This document shows positions 1-11,152 of a stretch of 64,000 bases of DNA, in pieces (within the stretch, counting starts at the first letter, position 1; every line of letters starts with the position of its first letter). The stretch comes from Macrostomum lignano (taxonomy: Eukaryota), in assembly GCA_002269645.1 (NCBI GenBank), contig NIVC01000010.1, positions 2,325,443-2,389,442 of the forward strand. Direction: 5' to 3'. The translations under genes were made by a program, and so were the position numbers. Under the pieces are notes generated by a model. It ran no database searches, was not told the DNA's origin, and saw only the letters and a program-made list of their open reading frames with translations.

Positions 1-34
1 TCTCGGCTAGGCTCTGCTCGTGCAATTAACGCCT

Positions 35-130
35 TTGAAGGCCAACCGCCAAGGCACAGTGAAGTGTACATGTCAGACGGTAAAAAAAGTTAGTGCCGCT
101 GTACACTCCTGTGTGAGTGTGTGCCTGTGC
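35..130 (+). mobile_element. 3' body fragment of tRNA-derived SINE family 2
   Basis: Aligns by eye with 54830-54915: ccaacc..cacag..gtgtacatg..gac..gccgctgtacac(t)cctgtgtgag(t/c)gtgtg. Confidence 0.55.
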
Positions 131-278
131 GTATGACTGCGTACGTATCCGCGCGCTTGTGTGTCTGCTCAGGGGAGCCGGCGGAATGGTCAGCAATGCC
201 TCTCGTCGGTTGTGTGACAATGTCGCTTAAAGTGCGCCAGGGTGCACACAGCCCGCTGCCTGTAATTAAATTAACACG

Positions 279-1135
279 GAGAGTCAGATAGGAAGAGTCA
301 GACAGACAGGGAGAGTCAGAAAGGGTGATTCAGACAAGGGGAGTCAGACAAATAGAGTCAGACAGGAAGACTCAGACAGGGAGAGTCAGACAGGGAGAGT
401 CAGAGAAATTCGATTTATCAGACAAATAGAGTCAGACAGGGAGACTCAGACAGGGAGAGTCAGAGAAATTCGATTTGTCAGACAGGGAGAGTCAGACAGG
501 GAGAGTCAGACAGGGAGAGTCAGACAGGGAGAGTCAGACAGGGAGAGTCAGACAGGGAGAGTCAGACAGGGAGAGTCAGACAGGGAGAGTCAGACAGGGA
601 GAGTCAGACAGGGAGAGTCAGACAGGGAGAGTCAAGACAGGGAGAGTCAGACAGGGAGTGTCAGACAAGGAGAGTCAGACAAATAGAGTCAGACAGGGAG
701 AGTCAGGCAGGGAGAGTCAGACAGGGAGTGTCAGAGAAATTCGATTCGTCAGACAGGAAGAGTCAAACAGGGAGAGTCAGACAGGAAGAGTCAGACAAGG
801 AGAGTCAGACAAATAGAGTCAGACAGGGAGAGTCAAGACAGGGAGAGTCAGACAGGTAGAGTCAAGACAGGGAGAGTCAGACAGGGAGAGTCAGACAGGT
901 AGAGTCAAGACAGGGAGAGTCAGACAGGGAGAGTCAGACAGGGAGAGTCAAGACAGGGAGAGTCAGACAGGGAGAGTCAGACAAGGAGAGTCAGACAAAT
1001 AGAGTCAGACAGGGAGAGTCAAGACAGGGAGAGTCAGACAGGGAGAGTCAGACAAGGAGAGTCAGACAAATAGAGTCAGACAGGGAGAGTCAGACAGGGA
1101 GAGTCAGACAGGGAGAGTCAGACAGGGAGAGTCAG
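279..1135. repeat. 14-bp minisatellite (GGGAGAGTCAGACA)n
   Basis: Directly visible tandem array with variant units; ends ~50 bp before the putative acceptor at 1186. Confidence 0.95.
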
Positions 1136-1186
1136 CTAGTAGAACAGTCGGACTCGCCTCACCTCTCGCTTTGCTCAACCTCGCAG

Positions 1187-1602
1187 CCGCCTGTGTGTGC
1201 ACGCATTCTTCGGACCGTTGACTGACTACGCCATGACGCAGTTCATTCCGTTCGCCTACCACAGCGCCATCCCCATTCTCACCTCCGGATCTGTGCACCA
1301 TTCGTTCAGCAATAAAACTGAGACAACTTTAATTCGAGTGACTCCGTTCGGCGCGCAGGACTTCGGCCACATGATTCAGCAGTTCATGCAATCGCATCGA
1401 TGGCTGAGGGTCGCCGTCATCTTCAAATGGCCAACTCACCGACCCGAGGGTGACATACCGGAGACGAGATCCGTTTGCACCTGCATCATGGACTGGTGCA
1501 TCCGGCAGTCCAAGTCGGTTAACATCGACTGCGTATTCGAGGTTGTGGGCTCCATGACCGCTGAACAAGTTCTGCTGACTAAGGTTGGCAGCGGCAAGAG
1601 CT
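1187..1602 (+). CDS. Receptor guanylyl cyclase variable cassette A: exon encoding part of an ANF-receptor-type ectodomain; its upstream signal-peptide exon was not found in the window
   Basis: Translation VHAFFGPLTDYAMTQFIPFAYHSAIPILTSGS..LIRVTP..HRWLRVAVIF..CTCIM matches the NPR-family ectodomain pattern (vdafFGP..dY..PilT.G; RWxxvavi). Acceptor ctcgcag|1187; donor aag agc t|gtgagt (phase 1) at 1602/1603. Confidence 0.75.
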
Positions 1603-2578
1603 GTGAGTGCACTGTTGGTTGTTGTTGTAGCCTTGGTCAGATTGCCAGCACGACCAGGGAAGGTGCTGGGCTGGGTTTTGTGTCACTCGGTTCACGTTAT
1701 GGCATTTAGCGACGACGCCTAAAGGCGCTGCCAAACCGTCCCCAGCGACGAACCGGAGGTCTAACCGGGAGGTTTTCAACCGGGCTTGGGACCGGCTTTG
1801 GCGGAGTTTGCACTGTTGGTAACGGATGTTTGAATGCGCACCATTAGTTGAAGGTGTTCAGTGTGGGAAGTCTCATCTTTCGTGACTGTATGTTATCACT
1901 GGATCACACTGGGTCTCCTGAGTTCCTATAGGTTTTCTGAGTTCTAGACGCTGGGTTTATTTCTAATACATTGTTCGTACTCAAACCAATTTTTTGCGTT
2001 TCCTTGTTACTACTGCCAGTAGAAACTATCCGATATCTTTAGAGTTTTTTCTTGCTTCAGCAGAGCAAAGCCAAGAGCGAGAACGCGCAACTGGAAATTT
2101 ATTTAAGCTTGCTGACGCGGTGTAAAATTTTATTTATTTACAAATATGAAAACAGTCTCATGGTGAGTTTCCTGATTGTCATTCTTATTGCCATCACCAA
2201 GTTTATCGATAAGTTAACCGACTCTTCTAAGTTAAGACTTCGCGGAAGTCACAGACTACTCAAGCAGAAGGACTCAACTCTAACAAGTGATGTAATTCTA
2301 GCTTGTGTGGCTTGTCCGGATGTCATTTCGCAGGTTTCATCTGGTGGATTTGGCTAAACTATCATTATTTGAGACCGGTCGACAAGCGAAATTACTGGTA
2401 TTTTCCATGAAATGGATAAATTGAAAATGGAAAATCTTCACTGCTAAAAAAATCCAAGTTGCGCTGATAGAAGTCTGCTTGTTTCCTGCTTTTCAAAAGT
2501 TTTTCCCTTCTATCTTGACGAAACTGTGAGAACAACTCAAGCCAAATATAGACGTTCAGGTGGGATATTTTCAATTTA

Positions 2579-4523
2579 ATCCTCCTACTGTAGCCTTGAA
2601 CTGGGGTGCCATTGTCAGCTGAGTCCTCCTACTGTTGCCTTGAACTGGGGTGCCATTGTCAGTTGAGTCCTCCTACTGTAGCCTTGAACTGGGATGCTTT
2701 TGTCAGCTGAGTCCTCCTACTGTAGCCTTGGACTGGGGTGCTTTTGTCAGCTGAGTCCTCCTACTGTTGCCTTGAACTGGGGTGCCATTGTCAGTTGAGT
2801 CCTCCTACTGTAGCCTTGAACTGGGGTGCTTTTGTCAGCTGAGTCCTCCTACTGTAGCCTTGGACTGGGGTGCCATTGTCAGCTGAGTCCTCCTACTGTA
2901 GCCTTGAACTGGGGTGCCATTGTCAGCTGAGTCCTCCTACTGTAGCCTTGAACTGGGGTGCCATTGTCAGCTGAGTCCTCCTACTGTAGCCTTGAACTGG
3001 GGTGCCATTGTCAGCTGAGTCCTCTAGCTACTGTAGCCTTGAACTGGTGTGCCATTGTCAGCTGAGTCCTCATATTTCAATCTGGGGTGCCATTGTCAGC
3101 TGAGTCCTCATATTTCAAACTGGGGTGTCATTGTCAGCTGAGTCCTCATATTTTAAACTGCGGTGCCATTGTCAGCTGAGTCCTCATATTTCAAACTGGG
3201 GTGCCATTGTCAGCTGAGTCCTCATATTTTAAACTGCGGTGCCATTGTCAGCTGAGTCCCACTACTGTAGCCTTGAACTGGAGTTCCATTGTCAGCTGAG
3301 TCCTCTAGCTACTATAGTTTTGAACAGGGTGCCATTGTCAGTTAAGTCTCCCTACTGTAGCCTTGATCTGGGGTGCCATTGTCAGCTGAGTCCTCATATT
3401 TCAAACTGCGGTGCCATTGTCAGCTGAGTCCTCATATTTCAAACTGGGGTGTCATTGTCAGCTGAGTCCTCATATTTTGAACTGCGGTGCCATTGTCAGC
3501 TGAGTCCTCATATTTCAAACTGGGGTGCCATTGTCAGCTGAGTCCTCATATTTTAAACTGCGGTGCCATTGTCAGCTGAGTCCTCATATTTCAAACTGGG
3601 GTGCCATTGTCAGCTGAGTCCTCATATTTCAAACTGGGGTGCCATTGTCAGCTGAGTCCTCTAGCTACTATAGTTTTGAACTGGGTGCCATTGTCAGTTA
3701 AGTCTCCCTACTGTAGCCTTGATCTGGGGTGCCATTGTCATCTGAGTCCTCATATTTCAAACTGCGGTGCCATTGTCAGCTGAGTCCTCATATTTCAAAC
3801 TGCGGTGCCATTGTCAGCTGAGTCCTCATATTTTAAACTGCGGTGCCATTGTCAGCTGAGTCCTCATATTTTAAACTGCGGTGCCATTGTCAGCTGAGTC
3901 CTCATATTTTAAACTGCGGTGCCATTGTCAGCTGAGTCCTCATATTTTAAACTGCGGTGCCATTGTCAGCTGAGTCCTCATATTTTAAACTGGGGTGCCA
4001 TTGTCAGCTGAGTCCTCATATTTCAATCTGGGGTGCCATTGTCAGCTGAGTCCTCATATTTCAAACTGCGGTGCCATTGTCAGCTGAGTCCTCATATTTT
4101 AAACTGCGGTGCCATTGTCAGCTGAGTCCTCATATTTTAAACTGCGGTGCCATTGTCAGCTGAGTCCTCATATTTCAACCTGCGGTGCCATTGTCAGCTG
4201 AGTCCTCATATTTCAAACTGGGGTGCCATTGTCAGCTGAGTCCTCTAGCTACTGTAGTTTTGAACTGGGTGCCATTGTCAGTTAAGTCTCCCTACTGTAG
4301 CCTTGATCTGGGGTGCCATTGTCAGCTGAATCCTCATATTTTAAACTGCGGTGCCATTGTCAGCTGAGTCCTCATATTTTAAACTGCGGTGCCATTGTCA
4401 GCTGAGTCCTCATATTTTAAACTGCGGTGCCATTGTCAGCTGAGTCCTCATATTTTAAACTGCGGTGCCATTGTCAGCTGAGTCCTCATATTTTAAACTG
4501 CGGTGCCATTGTCAGCTGAGTCC
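2579..4523. repeat. 38/44-bp minisatellite derived from the DEG/ENaC stop-codon region, with higher-order duplications
   Basis: Proximal unit ctgagtcctcatattttaaactgcggtgccattgtcag (38 bp); distal unit ctgagtcctcctactgtagccttgaactggggtgccattgtcag (44 bp). A variant block recurs at ~3305, ~3660 and ~4245. Confidence 0.95.
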
Positions 4524-5497
4524 AGCTGTCCCGGCGACAGCCTCGATTGTCTGACCGACTTGCTCTCCGTTGACGAAGACTTCCTGTGACCGTCAGTGGA
4601 CAGCCGTCGGCAGAGCAGCTGCAGCAGCTGAAGTCCCAGATCAAGTAGCTCGACAAGCCACACAAAGGTGAGGCCGATCCACATGGATAGCAGGCCGCCA
4701 ACTTGGCTGAAAGTTGATGCCAAAGTTTGCACCGGCTTCTCCGCAATCTGTGTCACTGAGAAATCCTTTCTAGTCACTTTCAGCGTGACAAAGCTGTCGC
4801 TGATGAGGCCGAGCTGCTTCAGCAGAGAGCTGGCGTTGGCGGTGCTGTTAGGGATCAGCTGACGTACCTGCTCGTACATCTCGGCCAGCTGCCACTCCTG
4901 GCTGCTGAGCTCCGCACTCGAGTTGCTGTTCAGGTCCAGGTCCTTGTCGTTGGCCAGCTCATATTTGAAAATGTTGGCCAGCATTGACTCCCGAGGCCAC
5001 TGCGACTGGGTCGTTGCTATCTGATAGGAGAAGTGGCTGCACGGCTCTCGGCAGCCGCTGTCAAAGTTGGCAAAGGCTCCCAGCATGCCGCATCGAGTCC
5101 GGTTGATGGCGCGCAAGAGGCCGGAACTGCTGAAGTTTATCGTGTTGTCAGCGTCGAGGCTCTCGCAGACAGTCGGTTGAACCGACGAGATCGGAGCGTG
5201 CGGCAGCAGGAAGGCGAAGCTGCAGTTGCAGTCGGATTGAATTCGGCTGAGCAGGCTGAGCTTGTGGCAGGCTCTGCTGGTGTAGGCGAACAGCTTCTGA
5301 TGGTTGCGGTGCTCCTGCCGCTGCTGCTGCTGTTGTTGGTTCTGGTTCGAATTCTGAGCACTGCTCGAGTCGGTTCCCTCGGTGTTGGCGATGTTGAGGT
5401 AACTAGGCGGGTTGGGGTCGCAGTTGCCGTAGGGTGGGCCGAGTCTGGTCCAGTTCAGGGTAGCGAATGTTACTTCGGTCAGGGTGCCGGGGTACAC
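4493..5497 (-). CDS. DEG/ENaC (amiloride-sensitive sodium channel family) subunit, 3' coding exon
   Basis: RLGPPYGNC motif, Cys-rich thumb (YTSRAC..Q..CNC..C..C.EPC..Y), TM2 TFSQVGGLLSMWIGLTFVWLVELLD. Acceptor ctaac..acccag|GTG at 5498/5497 joins the upstream exon to give GFT-VYPGTLT, the family's GF.V.PG..T motif. Confidence 0.92.
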   Translation of the reverse strand: MYPGTLTEVTFATLNWTRLGPPYGNCDPNPPSYLNIANTEGTDSSSAQNSNQNQQQQQQRQEHRNHQKLFAYTSRACHKLSLLSRIQSDCNCSFAFLLPHAPISSVQPTVCESLDADNTINFSSSGLLRAINRTRCGMLGAFANFDSGCREPCSHFSYQIATTQSQWPRESMLANIFKYELANDKDLDLNSNSSAELSSQEWQLAEMYEQVRQLIPNSTANASSLLKQLGLISDSFVTLKVTRKDFSVTQIAEKPVQTLASTFSQVGGLLSMWIGLTFVWLVELLDLGLQLLQLLCRRLSTDGHRKSSSTESKSVRQSRLSPGQLDSADNGTAV

Positions 5498-5562
5498 CTG
5501 GGTGGGGGCGACGTTTGAGTTAGCCAGAAGTTAAGGTCATCGCTGGCTGTGTTTAGTAGTAT

Positions 5563-6651
5563 CTGATTTGTCTTTGAATTGATTTGTGTCTGAATTGGTT
5601 TGTGTCTGAATTGGTTTGTGTCTGGATTGATTTGTGTCTAAATTGGTTCGTGTCGGAATTGGTTTGTGTCTGAATTGGTTTGTGTCTGAATTGGTTTGTG
5701 TCTGAATTGGTTTGTGTCTGAATTGGTTTGTGTCTGAATTGGTTTGTGTCTGAATTGGTTTGTGTCTGGATTGGTTTGTGTCTGAATTGGTTTGTGTCTG
5801 AATTGGTTTGTGTCTGAATTGGTTTGTGTCTGAATTGGTTTGTGTCTGAATTGGTTTGTGTCTGAATTGATTTGTGTCTGAATTGGTTTGTGTCTGAATT
5901 GGTTTGTGTCTGAATTGATTTGTGCCTGGATTGATTTGTGTCTGAATTGATTTGTGTCTGGATTGATTTGTGTCTGAATTGATTTGTGTCTGAATTGATT
6001 TGTGTCTGAATTGATTTGTGCCTGGATTGATTTGTGTCTGAATTGATTTGTGTCTGGATTGATTTGTGTCTGAATTGATTTGTGTCTGAATTGATTTGTG
6101 TCTGAATTGATTTGTGTCTGAATTGGTTTGTGTTTGAATTGATTTGTGTCTGGATTGATTTGTGTCTGAATTGGTTTGTGTCTGAATTGATTTGTGTCTG
6201 AATTGGTTTGTGTCTGAATTGGTTTGTGTCTGAATTGGTTTGTGTCTGAATTGGTTTGTGTCTGAATTGGTTTGTGTCTGAATTGATTTGTGTCTGAATT
6301 GGTTTGTGTCTGGATTGGTTTGTGTCTGAATTGGTTTGTGTCTGAATTGGTTTGTGTCTGAATTGGTTTGTGTCTGAATTGGTTTGTGTCTGAATTGGTT
6401 TGTGTCTGAATTGATTTGTGTCTGAATTGGTTTGTGTCTGAATTGGTTTGTGTCTGAATTGGTTTGTGTCTGAATTGATTTGTGTCTGAATTGATTTGTG
6501 TCTGGATTGATTTGTGTCTGAATTGATTTGTGTCTGAATTGATTTGTGTCTGAATTGATTTGTGTCTGAATTGGTTTGTGTCTGGATTGATTTGTGTCTG
6601 AATTGGTTTGTGTCTGAATTGGTTTGTGTCTGAATTGATTTGTGTCTGGAT
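5563..6651. repeat. 16-bp minisatellite (TTTGTGTCTGAATTGG)n filling most of the DEG/ENaC intron
   Basis: Directly visible tandem array inside the inferred intron 5498-6923. Confidence 0.95.
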
Positions 6652-6923
6652 TTATGCGGTGCCATAACAAAACAGTTTTTTAAAAATATTCGGGTCAAGA
6701 ATTTTCTTTGCACTGCACCCTTAGGCAATATAAATATGAAATCATTTAATATTCATGCGTCACAATGGCAAAATTATTCCTATCTGATAATAACGCTCTC
6801 CCATAATTTGAGAACTACTCAACAGCTAATTAACTTATTCGATGGTGGTCGCATCTGCGTGGATTAGCACGAAATCCGAAATGGATGAATATTACATAGA
6901 CCCACAGCGGGCAGCCAACGTAC

Positions 6924-7876
6924 CGTAAATCCGTCTCTCTGCACATCCGGGTAGGTGCCGTTTGGGTGCAGCACCACTGTGGCCCCCCTAGTCTGGCTGC
7001 TCACGTCCATCAGTACGCAATCGGAGCAGTCAAAGTTCAACTCGTGACCGAGGAACAGCCTCAGCTCCATCTCCACCACAGCGTCATTCTCGTGCTGCCG
7101 GTCAGCCATGTATGTGTAGCAGTTCAGCCTGTTCTGATCGTACACCTGCCGCCACCAGCCCAGGTGGTCGCATCTCGGACTATTCACCGGCGGCTCCTTG
7201 CCTGAGGTAGACGACTGCACAAGCAGGTAGCAGCTCCGGATCAGATCCTCCTTGGAGTGGCCCAGCTCGTGTGGATCTGAGCCCTTCGGCAGGTTTGCAA
7301 AGTAGGCATTGAAGGACAGCAGTCCGCTGATGTAATTTCTTAGATTTCCGGCGTCGCTCTTGGATAAGTTGCCACCATTTGATGGATGCATTTGAGTCCG
7401 GCGTTTCCATGCCAACCGGAAGAAATCCCTGGGCCCCGGCCAGCCCCTCTGCCGCAGCAGCCGATGGCCCCTAAGACTAATTGGATTCTGATTACAGATC
7501 GTCACGGATGGAAACGCCGCGTCCGGTCGGATGGTGTGCACGGGCAGCTGGACTACGTCGTAACTAAAGTACAGTCGGATGATGTAGTACAGGTTGACTA
7601 GACAGGCAGACATAAGCAAGCTCACGAAGACAATCCACAGTGCCTGCAGCTGCCTGTTGGCTCTGCTGGACACGATTCGGGGAATGCCTCTGAGGCTTGT
7701 GCCGTGGCAGAAGTGCAACAGGAGGTCCTTGGCTGTTACCGAGGCTGCTCCGTCTCCGCAGTCGCCACCGCTAGCGCTGTCGCCGTCGACCGTGGCAACG
7801 AGAGGTCGCAGAGCCTGGGGACTGGTCCACAAGCGGTGACGGGTAGTGGCTGCAGTGTTGCCCGCCAGATTTGCTT
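6924..7876 (-). CDS. DEG/ENaC subunit, exon with pre-TM1, TM1 and finger region; start codon not resolved
   Basis: FCHGTSLRGIPRI, TM1 LWIVFVSLLMSACLVNLYYII, FPSVTICNQNP, G..V.LHP.GTYP. Donor ACG|gtacgt at 6924/6923. No in-frame ATG before the stop at 7880-7878; an acceptor-like gctaatccctaag ends at 7877, so a further upstream exon is implied. Confidence 0.88.
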
Positions 7877-8885
7877 CTTAGGGATTAGCGATCGACCTAA
7901 TTATGGATTATAGACGCGATAAGACTGGCTTGAGAGGTTTGCCTCCAAAGTGGCGCAGCTAAATAGATGAGCTGCTGGAGCAGATCAGCTTGGCAGCCAA
8001 TCAGAAGTCAGCTGAGAAGTGAGCTGCCTCTGCTGTGTCACTTGCTCCTCCATCGCTTCCGCTCTATCCCGTTCGATCCCTTGGGGCCGGGGCCGCCCCT
8101 TCTAGAGGACACCAGCTCGCCTTTCATCCCGGAGCAAAAACGCTTGGCGCGGGAGGTTCATTTTTTTGAATCGATGACCCTGCCGGAGCCCTTATCACGC
8201 TGGGTCTCCTCGGTTGAGAGGGCGTGGTAGAGATTCCCATTATCAGTATCTTATTGTAGATAGAATTTATGCCACGAGAATGAAGCCTCCCGATGCGTCC
8301 ATTAGAAATCCATACCATCTGATTAGCATTTAGTACTCGCCCAGTGCTTGCTCCATTTCCTCCGCTATGCCCGAATCGAAGGTGAAGCAGGCATTTTGAC
8401 TGCCATGAACTGTGTGAAAAGCAGTGCAGAATTGTTTGGCTCCTTCTATCGACCAGCAACAACTGCTGTCCTTGACCTTTCCAAAAATAATAGCTCGTAA
8501 TTGATTTATCGAACGTCTCTCTCTAGTCCTTGAACAAGACTTAATTCGTGCCTTCAAGTTTCCAGATCCTTTTAAGACAGAAGCAATGCACGAAGTACCC
8601 GATGGGGAAATGCAAAGCCTAGCATGAATATTTCATGCAGTCTTGACTACTCACTCATGAGTCTTTAGGCAATTCTGACTGATTGCCTCCATTTGTGACT
8701 CCATATTTTACTTAGCAACATCGACATCAATCGTTTCTCTTAGACTTTAGCTGGTGACTGACGTCAGTAGCTGTTCATATGTCATTGATTCTGCTTGGCC
8801 ACTTGAGGCTGAAAGTGGATCATGATAAGGCAGGAATAACGCAAGTTATAGTTATCTAGGGGATTGTAGCCTAGAGCATCCGATT

Positions 8886-9234
8886 CAGGGACGTCGCCAT
8901 GGATTTTATGGGGGGGATAAGGCTAAGAATTCAACATGTACATGTACATGACTAAATTCCTGCATTTCCATCAATTTGAGAATCGTGTTGTCAGCGCTCA
9001 TTTTGGCGCCGCAGGCACTCATTTTGGCGCCGCAGGCATTCCTTTTGGCGCCGCAGGCACTCATTTTGGCGCCGCAGGCGCTATATTTTGGCGCCCAGAA
9101 GAAAATTTTTGATTACCACAACGGGTTACAATGTGGGGTGGGGGGACAAAGCATTGGCATGTCCCCCCCCAAAGCTTTTACTGGGGGGACATGTTCCCCC
9201 CCCCCTGTCTCCCCCCGGGATGGTGACGCACCTG
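8886..9234. mobile_element. Non-autonomous TIR element (hAT-like MITE) with internal 21-bp repeats
   Basis: Ends CAGGGACGTCGCCAT and (reverse complement) CAGGTGCGTCACCAT, 12/15 match; four tcattttggcgccgcaggc units at ~8998-9095; TSD only degenerate. Confidence 0.55.
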
Positions 9235-9390
9235 GTTGGACTCACGACTGAAAGGTCGGGGTTCGATTCCCGACCCACTTGGAATAATTTGTATCCTTGA
9301 GCAAGACACTTACATGTAACTCTGTATTTCTTCAATTCACCCAGCTGTAAAATGGGTGCCAGCATTAGCTGGGGTAATTGAGGGTGTGTG
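9235..9390 (+). mobile_element. tRNA-derived SINE family 1 (CORE-like body), head interrupted
   Basis: B-box ggttcgattcc; body ccttgagcaagacactt..cacccagctgtaaaatggg resembles the CORE-SINE domain; closely matches the copy at 16219-16390. Confidence 0.7.
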
Positions 9391-9780
9391 TGGTGACATT
9401 TATTTTAGTTTTATACTTCAGAAAATTAGCGTTTTCTTTTTATTATCTTGTGTTTATCATAACTTGATCTACAAGTTTCTGAAGTTAAATTCTGCATCGA
9501 AAAATCTGTTTAAAGAAAAAACTTGCAATCAGCGCCCCTCCCCGTTTGGGGAGGTAACAAAGATTGGAATACATTTTTTCTGACCTCTTAGCAATTCTCC
9601 CGTAAGCCTTGGCATCTCAGCAATTCCCCTTGAGAAGGCTTTGAAGCTGTGAAGCAGCTGCAAACTTTGATTGCCGCGTTTCATATTTCTGTCATCTGCC
9701 TGCCGCTTAAATCGCTACTAAACTAGTCTACTTATGTTAGTAATAAGAGTGAGTCATTCAATCCCAGATTCATTCCATTT

Positions 9781-11152
9781 CCCAAGTCCAGTCTCCCAAG
9801 TCCAGTCTCCGAAATCCAGTCTCCCAAGTCCAGTCTCCCAAGTCCAGTCTCCTAAGTCCAGTCTCCCAAGTCCAGTCTCCCAAGTCCAGTCTCCCAAGTC
9901 CAGTCTCCTAAGTCCAGTCTCCCAAGTCCAGTCTCCCAAGTCCAGTCTCCCAAGTCCAGTCTCCCAAGTCCAGTCTCCCAAGTCCAGTCTCCTAAGTCCA
10001 GTCTCCCAAGTCCAGTCTCCTAAGTCCAGTCTCCCAAGTCCAGTCTCCCAAGTCCAGTCTCCCAAGTCCAGTCTCCCAAGTCCAGTCTCCCAAGTCCAGT
10101 CTCCCAAGTCCAGTCTCCCAAGTCCAGTCTCCCAAGTCCAGTCTCCCAAGTCCAGTCTCCCAAGTCCAGTCTCCCAAGTCCAGTCTCCCAAGTCCAGTCT
10201 CCCAAGTCCAGTCTCCCAAGTCCAGTCTCCCAAGTCCAGTCTCCCAAGTCCAGTCTCCCAAGTCCAGTCTCCCAAGTCCAGTCTCCCAAGTCCAGTCTCC
10301 CAAGTCCAGTCTCCCAAGTCCAGTCTCCCAAGTCCAGTCTCCCAAGTCCAGTCTCCCAAGTCCAGTCTCCCAAGTCCAGTCTCCCAAGTCCAGTCTCCCA
10401 AGTCCAGTCTCCCAAGTCCAGTCTCCCAAGTCCAGTCTCCCAAGTCCAGTCTCCCAAGTCCAGTCTCCCAAGTCCAGTCTCCCAAGTCCAGTCTCCCAAG
10501 TCCAGTCTCCCAAGTCCAGTCTCCCAAGTCCAGTCTCCCAAGTCCAGTCTCCCAAGTCCAGTCTCCCAAGTCCAGTCTCCCAAGTCCAGTCTCCCAAGTC
10601 CAGTCTCCCAAGTCCAGTCTCCCAAGTCCAGTCTCCCAAGTCCAGTCTCCCAAGTCCAGTCTCCCAAGTCCAGTCTCCCAAGTCCAGTCTCCCAAGTCCA
10701 GTCTCCCAAGTCCAGTCTCCCAAGTCCAGTCTCCCAAGTCCAGTCTCCCAAGTCCAGTCTCCCAAGTCCAGTCTCCCAAGTCCAGTCTCCCAAGTCCAGT
10801 CTCCCAAGTCCAGTCTCCCAAGTCCAGTCTCCCAAGTCCAGTCTCCCAAGTCCAGTCTCCCAAGTCCAGTCTCCCAAGTCCAGTCTCCCAAGTCCAGTCT
10901 CCCAAGTCCAGTCTCCCAAGTCCAGTCTCCCAAGTCCAGTCTCCCAAGTCCAGTCTCCCAAGTCCAGTCTCCCAAGTCCAGTCTCCCAAGTCCAGTCTCC
11001 CAAGTCCAGTCTCCCAAGTCCAGTCTCCCAAGTCCAGTCTCCCAAGTCCAGTCTCCCAAGTCCAGTCTCCCAAGTCCAGTCTCCCAAGTCCAGTCTCCCA
11101 AGTCCAGTCTCCCAAGTCCAGTCTCCCAAGTCCATTTCCTTAAGTCCAGTCT
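9781..11152. repeat. 14-bp minisatellite (CCCAAGTCCAGTCT)n, highly homogeneous
   Basis: Directly visible; about 98 nearly identical units. Confidence 0.97.

Noticed and set aside
1-93. Open frame SRLGSARAINAFEG..EVY as the missing first exon of cassette A
   Set aside because: Most of the sequence aligns with the SINE body at 54830-54915; the best donor (79/80) is phase 1 whereas the acceptor at 1187 needs phase 2.
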